Origin: Hormiphora californensis | Taxonomy: Eukaryota > Animalia > Ctenophora | Length of the DNA: 64,000 nucleotides | Reading direction: 5' to 3' | Assembly: GCA_020137815.1 (NCBI GenBank) | Contig: CM035359.1 | Location: 5,332,001-5,396,000 of the forward strand | Part shown: positions 1-12,362 of the stretch, in pieces | Numbering within the stretch: position 1 is the stretch's first letter | Layout of the letters: each line of letters opens with the position of its first letter | The notes under the pieces: model-generated | What the model was told of the DNA's origin: nothing | The model's input: only the letters and a program-made list of their open reading frames with translations | Database searches by the model: none | Program-made: the position numbers and the translations under genes

Positions 1-3000
1 TATTCTTTTCACGGGGTAAAGATAGCATAAAGCAATTGGATTTTGAAATATAATAATAACCAGTATCCAATCAAACACATCATATCAACCAACAGAATGG
101 ATATTGAGTGATAATGAGGCATATCAAGGCATTCTTGAGGCAGTTGTGAGTAATCGTGCTCACTACTGCACACTGCACACTGCACAGAGTAAATTGGCAA
201 AATACCTCATGAAGAAAAGGATCTTCGTTAGGCGGTATCTAAGCGACAGACTGCTCCTTTATAAAACACTTTATGTGCCCAAAGCTGTAAAGCTGTATTT
301 CACACGTTTGGGAGTTTGTGAATACTTTCGGATGAATTTTAACAATTCAGTCCGGGTTTAGTCCCCATAGTTACCGCTTCAGTTGCCATGACAACCATAA
401 TTTTGGCGTTAAGTATGTGAATGAAGAGCGCCCCAGAGAACCACCCGGCGGAGCCGGGTGGGTTGTCAACAGCCCTTACTTAAGGCGCACCCGGTGGGTG
501 CGCTAGTCTATATTATAAAGTAAAATGAACGTCGTGGTGAGGAGGAGTATGTCCTATCCCATGTGCAAATAGAGGGGGGTTGCCAAGGAGGTACCCTGGA
601 AGGGGTATTGGAGGTTTAGGGGGAATACTGCACGTGCATGTTGTTGGTTGTTCGTTGTGTGCCTGTGGTGTTTCGTGGTATTTTGGAATCTACTGCTGGG
701 GCCCCCATGATTGCCAAAGCCTTTCTACCTACGTACCCCGTTGATTCTCTACACAGCTACAATTCTACGGATCTTTATCACCTGATTCTACATTAAGCCT
801 GTCAAAACGTGTCGATTTTTGGCCAAACCTAGAAGTCACGAGAGGCAAGCCAATTCAGGTTGTACATCCTACTGGTTGCAACACGTTCTATAGAACGTTG
901 AAACAGGCTTACATGTTATTCAGCGGGATTTCCCTTCAAGATGTTTATCACCAGCGCTCTACCACTACCAACCTCCGTATTCTTTACCCCGACATGGAGA
1001 GACGAAGAGTGAGAGGAGGAGAGAGACATAGAGACGGGTGGGGGGGGGGGGGCTATTGTAGGACTTCAATGGGCTTTCTAGTCCTTATTATAAAGTAGAA
1101 ATGAGTGGCGTGATGGTGATGTAGTATCCTAGCACGTGCAAACTGAGAGGGGGTCGAGCAGCGATGGGAGGGACTTGCACGTGCATATTGAATTTTTGGC
1201 AATTTTTCAAAATTCATAGCTTTCTAAAGAGCCCAAGGTTTTCAAAATTAGTTGAGAAATGGACAAGTTATGGTAGTAGAGGCAATAATTACACTCACCT
1301 TCTCTGATTTCTATGAAACTTCTCCCATGCTAAGAGGTGGCAATAGAGGTTCAAATACCGCTGAGTTTAAGTCTGAACAATGTTCGGTTCGTTAATTATC
1401 GCTAATTGAAAAACGCCAAAATGGCCTAAAATCGCCCTAAGTTCGGAATTGAAATTTTAGAGTTGAGACTCCAGACTTCGTGGAGATGTCCGCTAGGATG
1501 ACAATATGCACCAAAATCGGACGGAAAATCGGACATCTCCACGAAGTCTGGAGTCTCAACTCTAAAATTTCAATTCCGAACTTAGGGCGATTTTAGGCCA
1601 TTTTGGCGTTTTTCAATTAGCGATAATTAACGAACCGAACATTGTTCAGACTTGAACTCAGCGGTATTTGAACCTCTATTGCTACCTCTTAGCATGGGAG
1701 AAGTTTCATAGAAATCAGTTGCCAAGTTAGACTGTTTTTCGTTTGTACAAAACAAGAAATCAGAGGAGGTGAGTGTAATTATTGCCTCTACTATGGGGTA
1801 AAACGTGTAAAAATTGTGCCAAAATAAAAGGGCATTTTTTTCGACTGAAAAATCACTCTAAAGACTCACTCTAAAGACCGCTGTTTCAACGGGGGGGGGG
1901 GGGATTTGTGTAGGACTTCAATGGGCTTTCTAGTCCATCTCTATTATAATTTGGAGATGTCGCTAGCAACCGTCGTTAGGGGCGGGTTGGTTGATACTGC
2001 ACGTGCAGATGGGTACAGCGGAAGGGTGGGTTATCAAAACGCCCTTACTTGAGACGCACCCAATGGGTGCGCTAGTCTATATTAAAAAAGGCAGATGAAC
2101 GTAGTGATGATGATGAAACAACATTTGCACGTGCAGTTCAATAGGAGATCTGGGAGGGGGCTGGGGGTCCTCAGGGGTTTGCACGTGCAAATAAAAACCT
2201 TCGCCAATCTGCAAAATCCATAGCTCTGTGAAAATAGCTTGACTGCATCTTTCCAATGAGCCAAAGATTTCCGAAATTGGTTGAGAAATGACCGAGTTAT
2301 GGCGTAAAACGTCGTGCAAAAAGGTGATTTTCACTGTTCTAGGTAACTTTTGCAGTTTTGTAGTCGACGGGGGCTCTACTTGCGGGGTTCCCTAGTACTA
2401 TATACTAATTAAATCATAGTGTCACGCACAAACTTCCTGGTCTATTTCCTAGAGGGTCCCTGGCAACGCGTAGAGAACTGTACGTGAAGGTTTAGAGTGC
2501 TGGAGTGGGGTCACGGGTGGAGGCCGTTGCCAACGGTTGTTGCTACTGTTATTATACTGCACCTGCATCTTTTCTTGGGTACGGTGCACCCTCTCTTTTT
2601 GGGAACTAAACGTAGCGCGCGCTCGATAACATGAGACTGAGAGAGCCAGCGCAGGAGGATAGAAGAAAGAGGGGATATCATACCCAACATCTTTTCTTGC
2701 TTTGTTTTGCGTCACTGTTCCGGCTATTATGCTCTCTACAACAACAGTTTATATACGACAGCGACAATCGGAGTTACTCACGCAAGATCTCACCGCCATT
2801 CTCTACTTTTCCATACACTAAGGGTTTTAAATGCAGCAACACCAAAGGTAAAGAGAGAACGAACAAGACGTTGCAGGAGAACCGATGATCAATCTCAGAT
2901 AGGCAGATGAATACTGTAAACAGACAAAATAGTAAGTTCTTTTATCACTTTGATCGCCTGATCACCATCTGACGTTCTAAAACTCGCAGCGATCCCGCCT

Positions 3001-3131
3001 GAGCTCCTTTTACGGTACCGTAACTTAAGATGGGATAGTGCATCATGTCAACAGTTCGACTATATGGTTCGTCTGGTGATGCCAGCTACCATTTTCCCGA
3101 AATTCGCCCGTAGGGCGAACGGGTTTACTAG
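1..3131 (+). mobile_element. Head-to-tail train of at least 6 non-autonomous Helitron-like units (approx <1-506, 507-1081, 1082-1933, 1934-2075, 2076-2395, 2396-3131)
   Basis: Each unit ends in CTAG followed by T, in several cases after a GC hairpin (GCGCACCC-GGT-GGGTGCGC at ~485-503; TTCGCCC-GTA-GGGCGAA at ~3103-3119). The next unit starts with TC/TA + TATTATAA-like sequence. Related units recur at 4624-5240, 5842-6050, 11902-12100 and 22624-24515. No RepHel ORF. Confidence 0.6.
1305..1718. repeat. Near-perfect inverted repeat (arms ~188 bp, spacer ~38 bp) inside a Helitron-like unit
   Basis: 1305-1492 is the reverse complement of 1531-1718; an outer IR (1274-1310 vs 1757-1793) is also present. 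Confidence 0.9.
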
Positions 3132-4623
3132 TATTATATACTAATACAATAGTAGTTCTCACATCACGTTTGAGCTTTCTTTTGATAGATAAGAGGATCT
3201 CTCCTATTGAGAGATATTATTCTCTCCCCGGGGGAGGGATTGATATCTCTCCACTACATAGATCTCCACTACAAGCGACCAAGCTCTGAGCGGGCTGCGA
3301 AGACAGAGGGCCGCGACGTGCCCAACAATAGGAGTTACAATTATAGTAGAGACTAGAGAGGCCCAGTAGATATTAACAATAGGAGAGTTTAATGCTTCTG
3401 CTTGTAGCTACAATTGCTAGGCCATTGAGTTACCTACAATGTAGCTAACTCAATGGCCTAGCTTATAATAGGTTCTACGTAATCAGGAAGAAGGTGGAGA
3501 TGGACTTCTAAATGCCTAAAATGAGTGAAAATCGGTTAAAAAGTCTAATTTCCGGGAGCCGAAATCCGGTTTTTCAGCCAAAACACCCATAAAACGTATA
3601 ACTGCGTTTCTGGCAGCGCTTTTGGGGGAGGGGGAATGGCAACCTTTGCGCTTGCCAGCGCAGTGATTATGGGTTTGGATTAGAGCCATATGAAGAACCC
3701 ACTAGCAAAATTGGGTTTAAAACTCAGAGTGCTCCCATAATTTTTATTTTCACAACTATCACCGTTTTGACGTTACACCTCGCTAACAATCCGTGGCCCG
3801 TATAAGGTCAGCACGTAATATAATAAATACAATTGGGCGAGAGAAGAACAGAATATCGTTGGGGCAAAGATATTTAACTGTTCGTTGCCACACGTGTGCA
3901 CACAGTTATCCCGGGATAACTGGCCGAGGGAGCTCCAATGAAACTGCTCCAGCCTCCATGCGGTGTAACGTGCGGTTATAGAAATCATTTATATATAGAA
4001 AATCTAATATATTATATGTATGGTTGTAAACAAAGGGATATATGAGGTAAGTTTGTCTGTAACTTGGTCTCTAACCCTCCCCCCCCCCTCACCGTCCCTT
4101 CCAATTGTTCTCTAACTCCCCCTTCCCTACCAGTTGGCATCACTGCGTGATTCAGGATCCCTACTTTCGATGTGTGTTCCGGCCCGTCCTAAAGCTGATT
4201 CATACCCTCCACTTCCAACACCAAGTAGCCACCACCCTCCTCCCCAGACGGCGGCACCAAACGACAAAGATGTGAGTTTGAAAAGGCGGTTTGTGTGTAC
4301 CATATTAAGGCGGTACTAATACTATTGTACTGGCAGTTGTTACTAAAGTGAAAACGAAGTGTGTGCAGATCGTGGAATCACTTCCGATCCCATACGGTCG
4401 CTAACAGATCTATATGCGGGAATATCGCGCCCCGTGCGGGGCGCGATATACAGATACACACCGGTGTTATAGCAATATACTTTGACACTTTTCAGTTACT
4501 ATGCTCCTTTCTTTCCTTACATAGCAACAACAAGTAGCCCCAGTTGATGCAACGAGATACTGTGAATTATGTAAGAAGAGTTTTTCACAACGAGAACATC
4601 TTATGGTAAATATATTAATTATA

Positions 4624-5240
4624 CTAGTAAACCCGTTCGCCCTACGGGCGAATTTCAGGGAAATGGTAGCTGAATTAGGAAAACTGACATCTTTTGGACA
4701 ATTACAGTCTCGCGAATGTCAACAATCTCGAACTGTTGACACCATCCTATCTTAAGTTACGGTACCGTAAAAGGAGCTCAGGCGGGATCGCTGCGAGTTT
4801 TAGAACGTCAGTTGGTGATCAGGAGATCAAAGTGATAAAAAGAACTTACTGCTATTTCGTCTGTTTGCAGCATCCATCTGCCTTTATCTCTGAGACTGAT
4901 CATCGGTTTGGTTTAACCTCCAACGTCTTGTTCGTTCTATTGGTGTTACTACAACCCTCAATGTATGGAAAAGTAGAGAACGGTGGTCGGATCTTGCATG
5001 AGTAACTCCAATTGTCGCTGTCGTATATTAACTGTTGCTGAAGAGAGCATAGTAGCCGGAACAGTGATGCAAAGCAAAGCAAGATCAGATGCACGTGCAA
5101 CTGCAGCACATTAGCAACAATCCTTGGTAACGGCTCCCAACCCCTGGCCCCACTCCACCTCTAAACCTGCACGTGCAAAATGCCATATTTGGAAAAAAAA
5201 CGTCACACATCATTTCCCTATTTGCTTTAATAATAGTATG
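4624..5240 (-). mobile_element. Helitron-like unit, inverted copy of 2396-3131
   Basis: Reverse-complement match to ~2690-3131, including the TTCGCCC/GGGCGAA hairpin and CTAG end. ORF-track peptides LLCFASLFRLLCSLQQQ are shared between the copies. Confidence 0.7.
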
Positions 5241-5841
5241 ATTAGTTAACATGCTGCAGTCCTGTCGACATCTACACTTCAAATCAAATTGATTTTTCGA
5301 CCTTTTTTGGCCTCTGGTGGCTGACCAGGTGAGTTATGGAGGATAGTACCACGCGACAGCGTGGTACATCATCACTTAATCCACCGAGGGCGCAGCCCGA
5401 GTGGATCAAGTAGCTCGTGAGCCCGCAGGGCGAACAGAATTCGTTATTCTAAAAACTCGACCAGAGGGAGGGTTTTTAGAGTACCTCTGGCACGACCGTT
5501 AGGGAGTGATAGAGGTTTACTTAGCCCACGAACGAAGTGAGTGAGCTAAGTTTACGAATTCAGGAGAGATGATGTGCCACAGCTGAAGATGCAGTTGATT
5601 AAGTAAAGATAAGAGTGGTACTACATCAGTTAAACAACTGCAGAATACAGGCGGCGTAAAGGGTCATTATACAACCGTAGTAATACAATGAGAAGTACCA
5701 ACCCTCCCCGACAGTTTCAATTTGCCTAGTCTACATATTTGAACCGAAAATTTGAAATTCGGATATTTGAAGTGTACATGATGTCGACAGGACTGCTGGA
5801 ACAATTCCGTGGTAACTTTTTGCAGTGATATATATCAATAG

Positions 5842-6050
5842 ACTAGAAAGCCTGTTAAAGTAGAGCACCCGTTGACCCGAATCCCCACACTCTCGAGAGC
5901 TCTCCCTCACCCAGGAGCACCCCTCTCACCCACTGCACCAACTCGCACGTGCAGCATTCAATCGCCCGCTGCGTAGGGGCTATGACACCTCCAATTGGCA
6001 ACCCCCCACCATTTGCACGTGTGGATACTACATACTCATCACGACGTTCA
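5842..6050 (-). mobile_element. Short Helitron-like unit (family also at 11902-12100)
   Basis: CTAGAAAGCC..GTAGAGCACCCGTTGACCCGAATCCCCACAC is shared with 11902; CTAG terminus on the minus strand. Confidence 0.55.
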
Positions 6051-6056
6051 TTTCTA

Positions 6057-7179
6057 CCGTGTGGCCCAAATTAAAGGGAGGGTACGTTGGCATTCTTTTC
6101 ACCCAGAAGTTTAAATTCAATCACTCTGATATTTTGACACAATGTCTGCATAGGTACTCATTCGAGGAATCCGAAGTTTCAAATCATAAAAGTTGAAAGT
6201 TCATTAATGAACTCAATTTTTCGTTTTTCGGGTTTTTTGAGGTTTTCTCTTGATTAAATTCGATTTTATTATTTTAAAAACCGCCATACAATAGAGCAAG
6301 TATCAACAATTAATGGCAATCTGCATTTTTATTAAAATTGAATCAAGTTTAGTGGGTGAAATAAGTTATTTAAAGATGATATTTTTTACCAAACATCGAT
6401 TTTTACCTGTTTTGACCATATAATAATAAATCGGTAAATGCAGGCGCTAAAAATCTGTACGGCCACTACACTTGATCAATTTTGATGTTAGCCGGAATTT
6501 AAGCTCTCTATCTTAAAATTCATTTTTCCGGCTGGAATGAATCCTGAATGAACTTGAAACCAGGAATGCTTTTTGGAACCGGAATTTCACAGTCGCCTTC
6601 GGGTATCGATTTCCTTTCAAACGCGACTAATTTGAGCTCAGTTGGACCACCACAAGAGACACAGTGTCTAGTTATCTAAACCTAGGTTTGGTTATCGGAC
6701 ACCTAATGAGAGATAGAGTCATTACTAAGTGCCAATAAGCAGGTGTAACGGTCGAGTATCATGTATCACGTCTGCTGATGAGGATGGTGTACCGATACAG
6801 CATCCGTTAAAATGTAAGCTCTCTTGCTAACAGTAACACGTCATAATTTGATGGGGATCACATGACTTACCCTAGGCTTAGAAAACGGATCACTGTGATT
6901 CTTATGGTGATCCAATTAAGCTCAAACTGGTCCCATTCGAAAAGAAATCGATAGCCAAACAAATTTGTGAAACTTTGGTACCGAAATATGGTCCCATATT
7001 GGTGTTCATTCAATGTTCATTCGGTCGAGAAAAATGAACTTTTATCCAGAGGGCTGAAACTTCGGATTCCTCGAATGAGTAACCATGCAGACATTGTGTC
7101 AAAATATCAGAGTGATTGAAATTAAACTTCTGGGTGAAAAGAAGGCCAACGTACCCTCCCTTTAATTTGGGCCAGGCGG
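6057..7179. mobile_element. Non-autonomous Tc1/mariner-type TIR element (~130-bp TIRs, TA TSD)
   Basis: TA|CCGTGTGGCCCAAATTAAAGGGAGGG ... CCCTCCCTTTAATTTGGGCCAGGCGG|TA; TIR similarity decays inward; no transposase ORF. Confidence 0.8.
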
Positions 7180-7817
7180 TATTTTATAATTAAGCTAGCG
7201 ATCATACTTCTCGGAAACCCATAAAAGCCAAAAACCATAAAAATCCTAAATTTAGGATTTGAGCACATATGTATTTAAAAAAATTAATTAGACACCAAAG
7301 ACTAACTTCTGGTAAGGACCATAATGACCGAGTTTCGCAGTCACACAGTCACTATATTTTTCTTGTCAGCAAAGATCGTATCATAACTGCAATATTCACC
7401 CAAAGTTTTAATAAGATTAAACGAAAGGTAGCGGTGATACACAGTTCTAAAGAACACACCGTGTAATGGATTCCGGAGTTCGTTACACGTGGTACACATG
7501 ATATAACACACCTGATATCGTGAGCTGCACAAAAGAAGCTTATAGTCTTTAGTATTGGATTGTCCCTATTGTACTTGAAAAAAACTTCTTCAAAACTTCT
7601 CGCAGCGTCACCACAAGAGTATTCACGAGCGGACGAGGGATAACCTATGTGCTTTCTGTGGCAAGGGATTCACCCTGAAATCCCACCTGTTAGAGCACAT
7701 CAGGGCAGTACACTTTAAAATCAAGCGGTTCACGTGTGTCATGTGCGATTGGAAATTCAACAGGGTGGTAAGTTGTTAAATTATAATTATAATGATTAAT
7801 TATGCTAAAGACTAATA

Positions 7818-7989
7818 AAGTCGGACCCCGATTTACCGGGATGCTCGGGTGAAAGGGTTTTGCCCGGTAAATCGGGGTGCCCGGTATATCGGGGTCAAAT
7901 ACCGTTAATTTTCTATATTGGGAGAAATTTATCCTCCCGGTAAATTGGGGTTCCGGTAAATCGGGGTCCGGTAAATCGGGGTCCGACTG
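7818..7989. mobile_element. pogo/Tigger-like MITE, copy 1
   Basis: TA|AAGTCGGACCCCGATTTACCGG ... CCGGTAAATCGGGGTCCGACTG|TA. Confidence 0.8.
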
Positions 7990-8041
7990 TATTAACAACA
8001 CACCCGCCATTTGCATTAGCACATGGAAATGTTTGCTAAGG

Positions 8042-8076
<35 letters not shown>

Positions 8077-9191
8077 TGATATATTGTGTCCTAATAGACA
8101 TAAATAAATAATAATTATATTTTATTATTATATATTGTGTCCTAAGACACAGGTCACAAAATTTCCATGCACACACACACTCACAGGATCTCTCCTGTGA
8201 GGCAGGCCCTACTACTACTACTACTGCCTCTCTCTCTCTCTCTTATTCTCCCATTTTCTCTCACAGTCCTTGGTCCATAGCTTCATTTCTACTGGTCTGT
8301 AATTTACATACACAACACTGCTTTAATCTCCCTGCCTAGAGTAGGTACATCCTTCTCCGGCAGGGGCAACTCTTGTAAAACAAGAAGGAAAAACAAAGAT
8401 GGATGGTGACACATATAAGAACGATGAAGAAGAAAAAGATGGATCAGTAGTCTAAACATTTCGGCTTCCACATATATGTTTGATACCGCGAATCTGATTA
8501 TATACCGAGATCCCCTTGGTCACGAAGTCACCCCTGCATGTTTATGTGGAGGGGTTATTTCATTACCAAGAAATATCTGGCCCTCCCTGCAATCGTAATC
8601 ACATTTCACACTGGCTTATTTCTCGTTTAGCTCCCTTACGTGTCTTTCGTCCTCCAATCCTCTCTATTTTACTGTCTGGCGCCGCGACCCCATCTGAGCG
8701 CACTGATTTGAGAATCAAATGGGGGTATGGCGCCGCCATTTTATCGCTATACCTACCTCGCTCTCTAACATCTGACTACCCCTGCAGGGTGACATGAACA
8801 GACACATGAAGCTAGTGCATCAGGTAGTTGCAGAGGGAGAGGAGCCGAAGGCCCGGAAAAGGAAACCCTACAGTCGGGTAGGAAGGTCGCAACACAAATC
8901 GATGGCTCATGTGCGTACAGTTTGACTTTGGTTTCAGTTCATGTGCTCAAGCCTCAAAAAATTATAATGTTTTTCTCGCTCATTACATGCAAAAATTTGT
9001 CTAATCATATAATTCATAAATTCCGCCCCCACAGATAATAATAGATGAGGCAAGACCAGGAGAGGGTGAGATTTTAGAGACTTCAACATCTTACCCAACT
9101 TCTGAGATCTATGACCTACCAGCGTCTCTCTACGATGTGGAAATGGGGCCTGCTGCAGATAATCTGTAAGTGGACGCTCTAATTGTTTATA

Positions 9192-9331
9192 CAGTCGGAC
9201 CCCGATTTAGTGGCAGGATTTTTTTTCCCCGATATAGGAAATTAACATTATTTGAACCCGATTTAGTGGCACCCCGATTTAGTGGCAGGATGTTTTTCCC
9301 CCGAGGGTGCCACTAAATCGGGGTCCGACTG
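9192..9331. mobile_element. pogo/Tigger-like MITE, copy 2
   Basis: TA|CAGTCGGACCCCGATTTAGTGGC ... GCCACTAAATCGGGGTCCGACTG|TA. Confidence 0.85.
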
Positions 9332-9431
9332 TAGTATTATAAAGGGGGGGGCCAAAAAGCCAAATCCACCCTGAAATCTGACCTTCTCTCAGTCTGCAGT
9401 CGTTACTTCTTTGTCTCTCTGTAAGGCAGCG

Positions 9432-9668
9432 GATTACGGGGCCCCGGATGAGACGCCCGTATAGATCGCCCGTACCAGTCCCCCGTACATTTGCTTTGCG
9501 CATTACGTTTCATCGCACTTTCACCACAACAAAACACTTGCGCGTTACGCGCATGTGTTTTGTTGTGGTGAAAGTGTGGTGAAACGTAATGCGCAAAGCA
9601 AATGTACGGGGGACTGGTACGGGCGATCTATACGGGCGATCTATTCGAGCCCCCGTAATCCCCCGTGT
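9432..9668. mobile_element. Palindromic repeat; a related longer copy lies in opposite orientation at 11084-11528
   Basis: Arms CGCCCGTACCAGTC..TACATTTGCTTTGCGCATTACGTTTCA fold around GCGCGTTACGCGC at ~9540-9552. Confidence 0.7.
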
Positions 9669-9881
9669 ATCTCTCACTTATTCTCTACTCTATACATGTA
9701 TGGGGGACTCATCACGCCTGCTGGGTGAAATGTGGGATCTGATCCGTCATAGGGTGATCTGATCCTTCATTGGGGTGATCTGATCCTCGGTGGATGGATT
9801 TGATCATTGGTGGGGTGATGTGATGTGATCTGATGACGGGAATTTTTGGAACCCTCAACATGCATCAGGGGGAGTATACTG

Positions 9882-10018
9882 CATTCGGACCCGAGTTACC
9901 GGGATGCTCAATGAGGCTCATGAGGCATTGGTCATGGGAAAGGGTTTTGGCTCTATATCGGGGGTATTTAATCCTCCCAGTAAATCTAATCGGGGGCCGG
10001 TAAATCGGAGTCCGACTG
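9882..10018. mobile_element. pogo/Tigger-like MITE, degenerate copy 3
   Basis: Right TIR GGTAAATCGGAGTCCGACTG|TA; internal match to 7818-7989. Confidence 0.65.
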
Positions 10019-10644
10019 TACTTTGAAAACCACTCAAATCAAAATCATAATCCCAATTTGTATCCCCAGGACACCTGGTGCAGCAGACCCGGACAAGACG
10101 GCAGCAATATCGGACAACACTGTATCACCGGGAGATGCAGCAGTGAGCTTAACGGACCAATACAAGGATGGATTTGTTATGTTATCAGACATTGGAAATA
10201 CTTGAACAATATTATTTTAATTTGGAAGGACACATTACATTTACAGATCGTGAGAGAGAAATATCATGAAACACAAATTTTTCGGCAAAATTGACTTCAA
10301 AAGTTGACTTCAAAAGTTGACTTCAAAAGTATATCTTTTAGACTGTAAAATTATGCAGTTTATTTTGATACAGCCAATTTGACTGTCATGTTTGTTTGTT
10401 ATCATGATATATATATGTATGATATATGATCAGTATCATAATATGAAAGGAGAAGTGCACTATGTCATCTTTTATTCTTTTATTATTATTATTACAACAA
10501 AACACAGTTTATTGCTTCTTGGTTGTAGTGGTGTTGAAGTGTTGAAGAATCTGTCAGGCCAATGCTCTGACCACAGTTCTCGCGCGCGCGAGAATGGGTC
10601 AGGCCAATGCTCTGACAGTGAAGAATGCTAAATATTAATTTGCC

Positions 10645-10875
10645 GCAGACGTCGTTCCAACGAAGTCTAGATCACGGGTTTCGCGTCTAGACGGCGCAGC
10701 GTCTGGACGTATGGACGCCGTCTAGACAGAGTCAGACGGGATTGAGACGGGATTGAGACGTGCCGTCTGAAACGGTCTCTATCCGTTAAGACGGAGTTGA
10801 ACGAAATCAGATGGTGTTAGACGAAATCAGATGGTGTTGAACGAAATCAGATGGTGTTGGACGAAATCAGCAGGT
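10645..10875. repeat. GACG-rich short tandem repeats including a 20-bp unit (ACGAAATCAGATGGTGTTRR) x3.5
   Basis: Directly visible at 10801-10870; GAGACGGGATT x2. Confidence 0.75.
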
Positions 10876-10895
10876 GTCTACTGTCTATGTCACCA

Positions 10896-11036
10896 CCCTA
10901 CTAAAATATAGTTCGACGCAACGCGACGCGCGATCGATGAACGATCGATAAACGATCGATAAACGATCGATATCGATCGTTTATCGATCGTTCATCGATC
11001 GCGCGTCGCGTCGCGTCGAACTATATTTTAGTAGGG
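10896..11036. mobile_element. 141-bp palindromic MITE, CCC...GGG termini, putative 2-bp CA TSD (animal EnSpm/CMC-like)
   Basis: CA|CCCTACTAAAATATAGTTCGACGC ... GCGTCGAACTATATTTTAGTAGGG|CA; internal AAACGATCGAT repeats. Confidence 0.7.
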
Positions 11037-11083
11037 CAAGGACCTGATGGCTCCAGACTTTGAGCTACCTTTGCCACCGTAAC

Positions 11084-11528
11084 ACGGGGGATTACGGGGG
11101 CTCGAATAGATCGCCCGTATAGATCGCCCGTACCAGTCGCCCGTACATTTGCTTTGCGCATTATCCTGCATTTTCGGAACGTGTTCGACTCAACACTGCG
11201 CGCCGCAGACTGTACCAAACCCGGTCGAACAAGCTAACAATAGTGCAATTACATGCGCGCGATGTACTATATCGCATGGAAGTTCACTATTGTTAGCTCG
11301 CTCACCCGGGCTAGCTCGAGCACCCGCGACGCGCAATGCCGAGACGAACACGCTCCGAAAAGAGAGCATTACGTTTCATCGCACTTTCACCACAAATAAG
11401 GTACATGCGCGTTACGCGCATGTGTTTTGTTGTGATGAAAGTGTGGTGAAACGTAATGCGCAAAGCAAATGTACGGGCGACTGGTACGGGCGACTGGTAC
11501 GGGCGTCTCATCCGGGCCCCCGTAATCC
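11084..11528. mobile_element. Palindromic repeat, family of 9432-9668, with ~200-bp internal extra segment
   Basis: Same arms as 9432-9668, interrupted at ~11163-11366. Confidence 0.65.
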
Positions 11529-11901
11529 GCTACATTCACGGGGTAAACACAGGGTATAACAGATGGTTCGTCTATCTTTAAAAGGGAATGTACTGGTACC
11601 AAAAGTAGCTCAAATCATAGGGCAACCTTTCCGGCCTACTAATTTCAATTAGTTTTGGTATAATTTGCATTGTTTTTGGGATTTTTTATCCATTTAGAAT
11701 CTAAAGACCTCGATCCCCTCTTTCTAAAGATCCCAGAAAATTTGAAATTGGTTGAGAAATAGCCGAGTTATGGCGTAAAACGTCTCAAAATCGTGCAAAA
11801 ATTGAATTTCAACGCATGAATCCCTTTGTATCAATACTGGTGTATAATACACCAGCTCGTCGCGTAGCAGCTGTCATGTAGCACTGGGAAATTCACTGTA
11901 A

Positions 11902-12100
11902 CTAGAAAGCCCGTTGAAGTAGAGCACCCGTTGACCCGAATCCCCACACTCTCCCTCACCCACTACCCAGGAGCACCCCTCCCACCCGCTGCACCAACCC
12001 GCACGTGCAGCTTTCAATCACCCGCTGCGTAGGGGCTATGGCACTTCCTTGGCAACCCCCTCTATTTGCACGTGTGGATACGCCATCTTCACTATCACGT
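11902..12100 (-). mobile_element. Short Helitron-like unit (family of 5842-6050)
   Basis: Direct high-identity match to 5842-6050. Confidence 0.55.
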
Positions 12101-12362
12101 CATAGAACGTCATAGCACGTCAACCAATCAAGGAATTGGTCCCGCTTGCGCGTCGTTTTACCGTGTTGAACTGCACCGTATTTATTCTTCATGCTTACCC
12201 CACGCCATATTTAATGTAAATAAAAATAAACAAATTTTTTAAGCAAAAAACAATAAAAATGTACACTTTTTACAGGTTATTATATCTATACACTATCTAC
12301 AACAAGTTTTAACAATTGTACACACTGATCTACCCTCGACCATAATGTTGACTGTTGAGTAC

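Noticed and set aside
945-990. tRNA-like TAGTGGTAGAGCGCTGG on the minus strand (also 23725, 24180)
   Set aside because: A-box/D-arm resemblance only; no GTTCRA B-box or cloverleaf.
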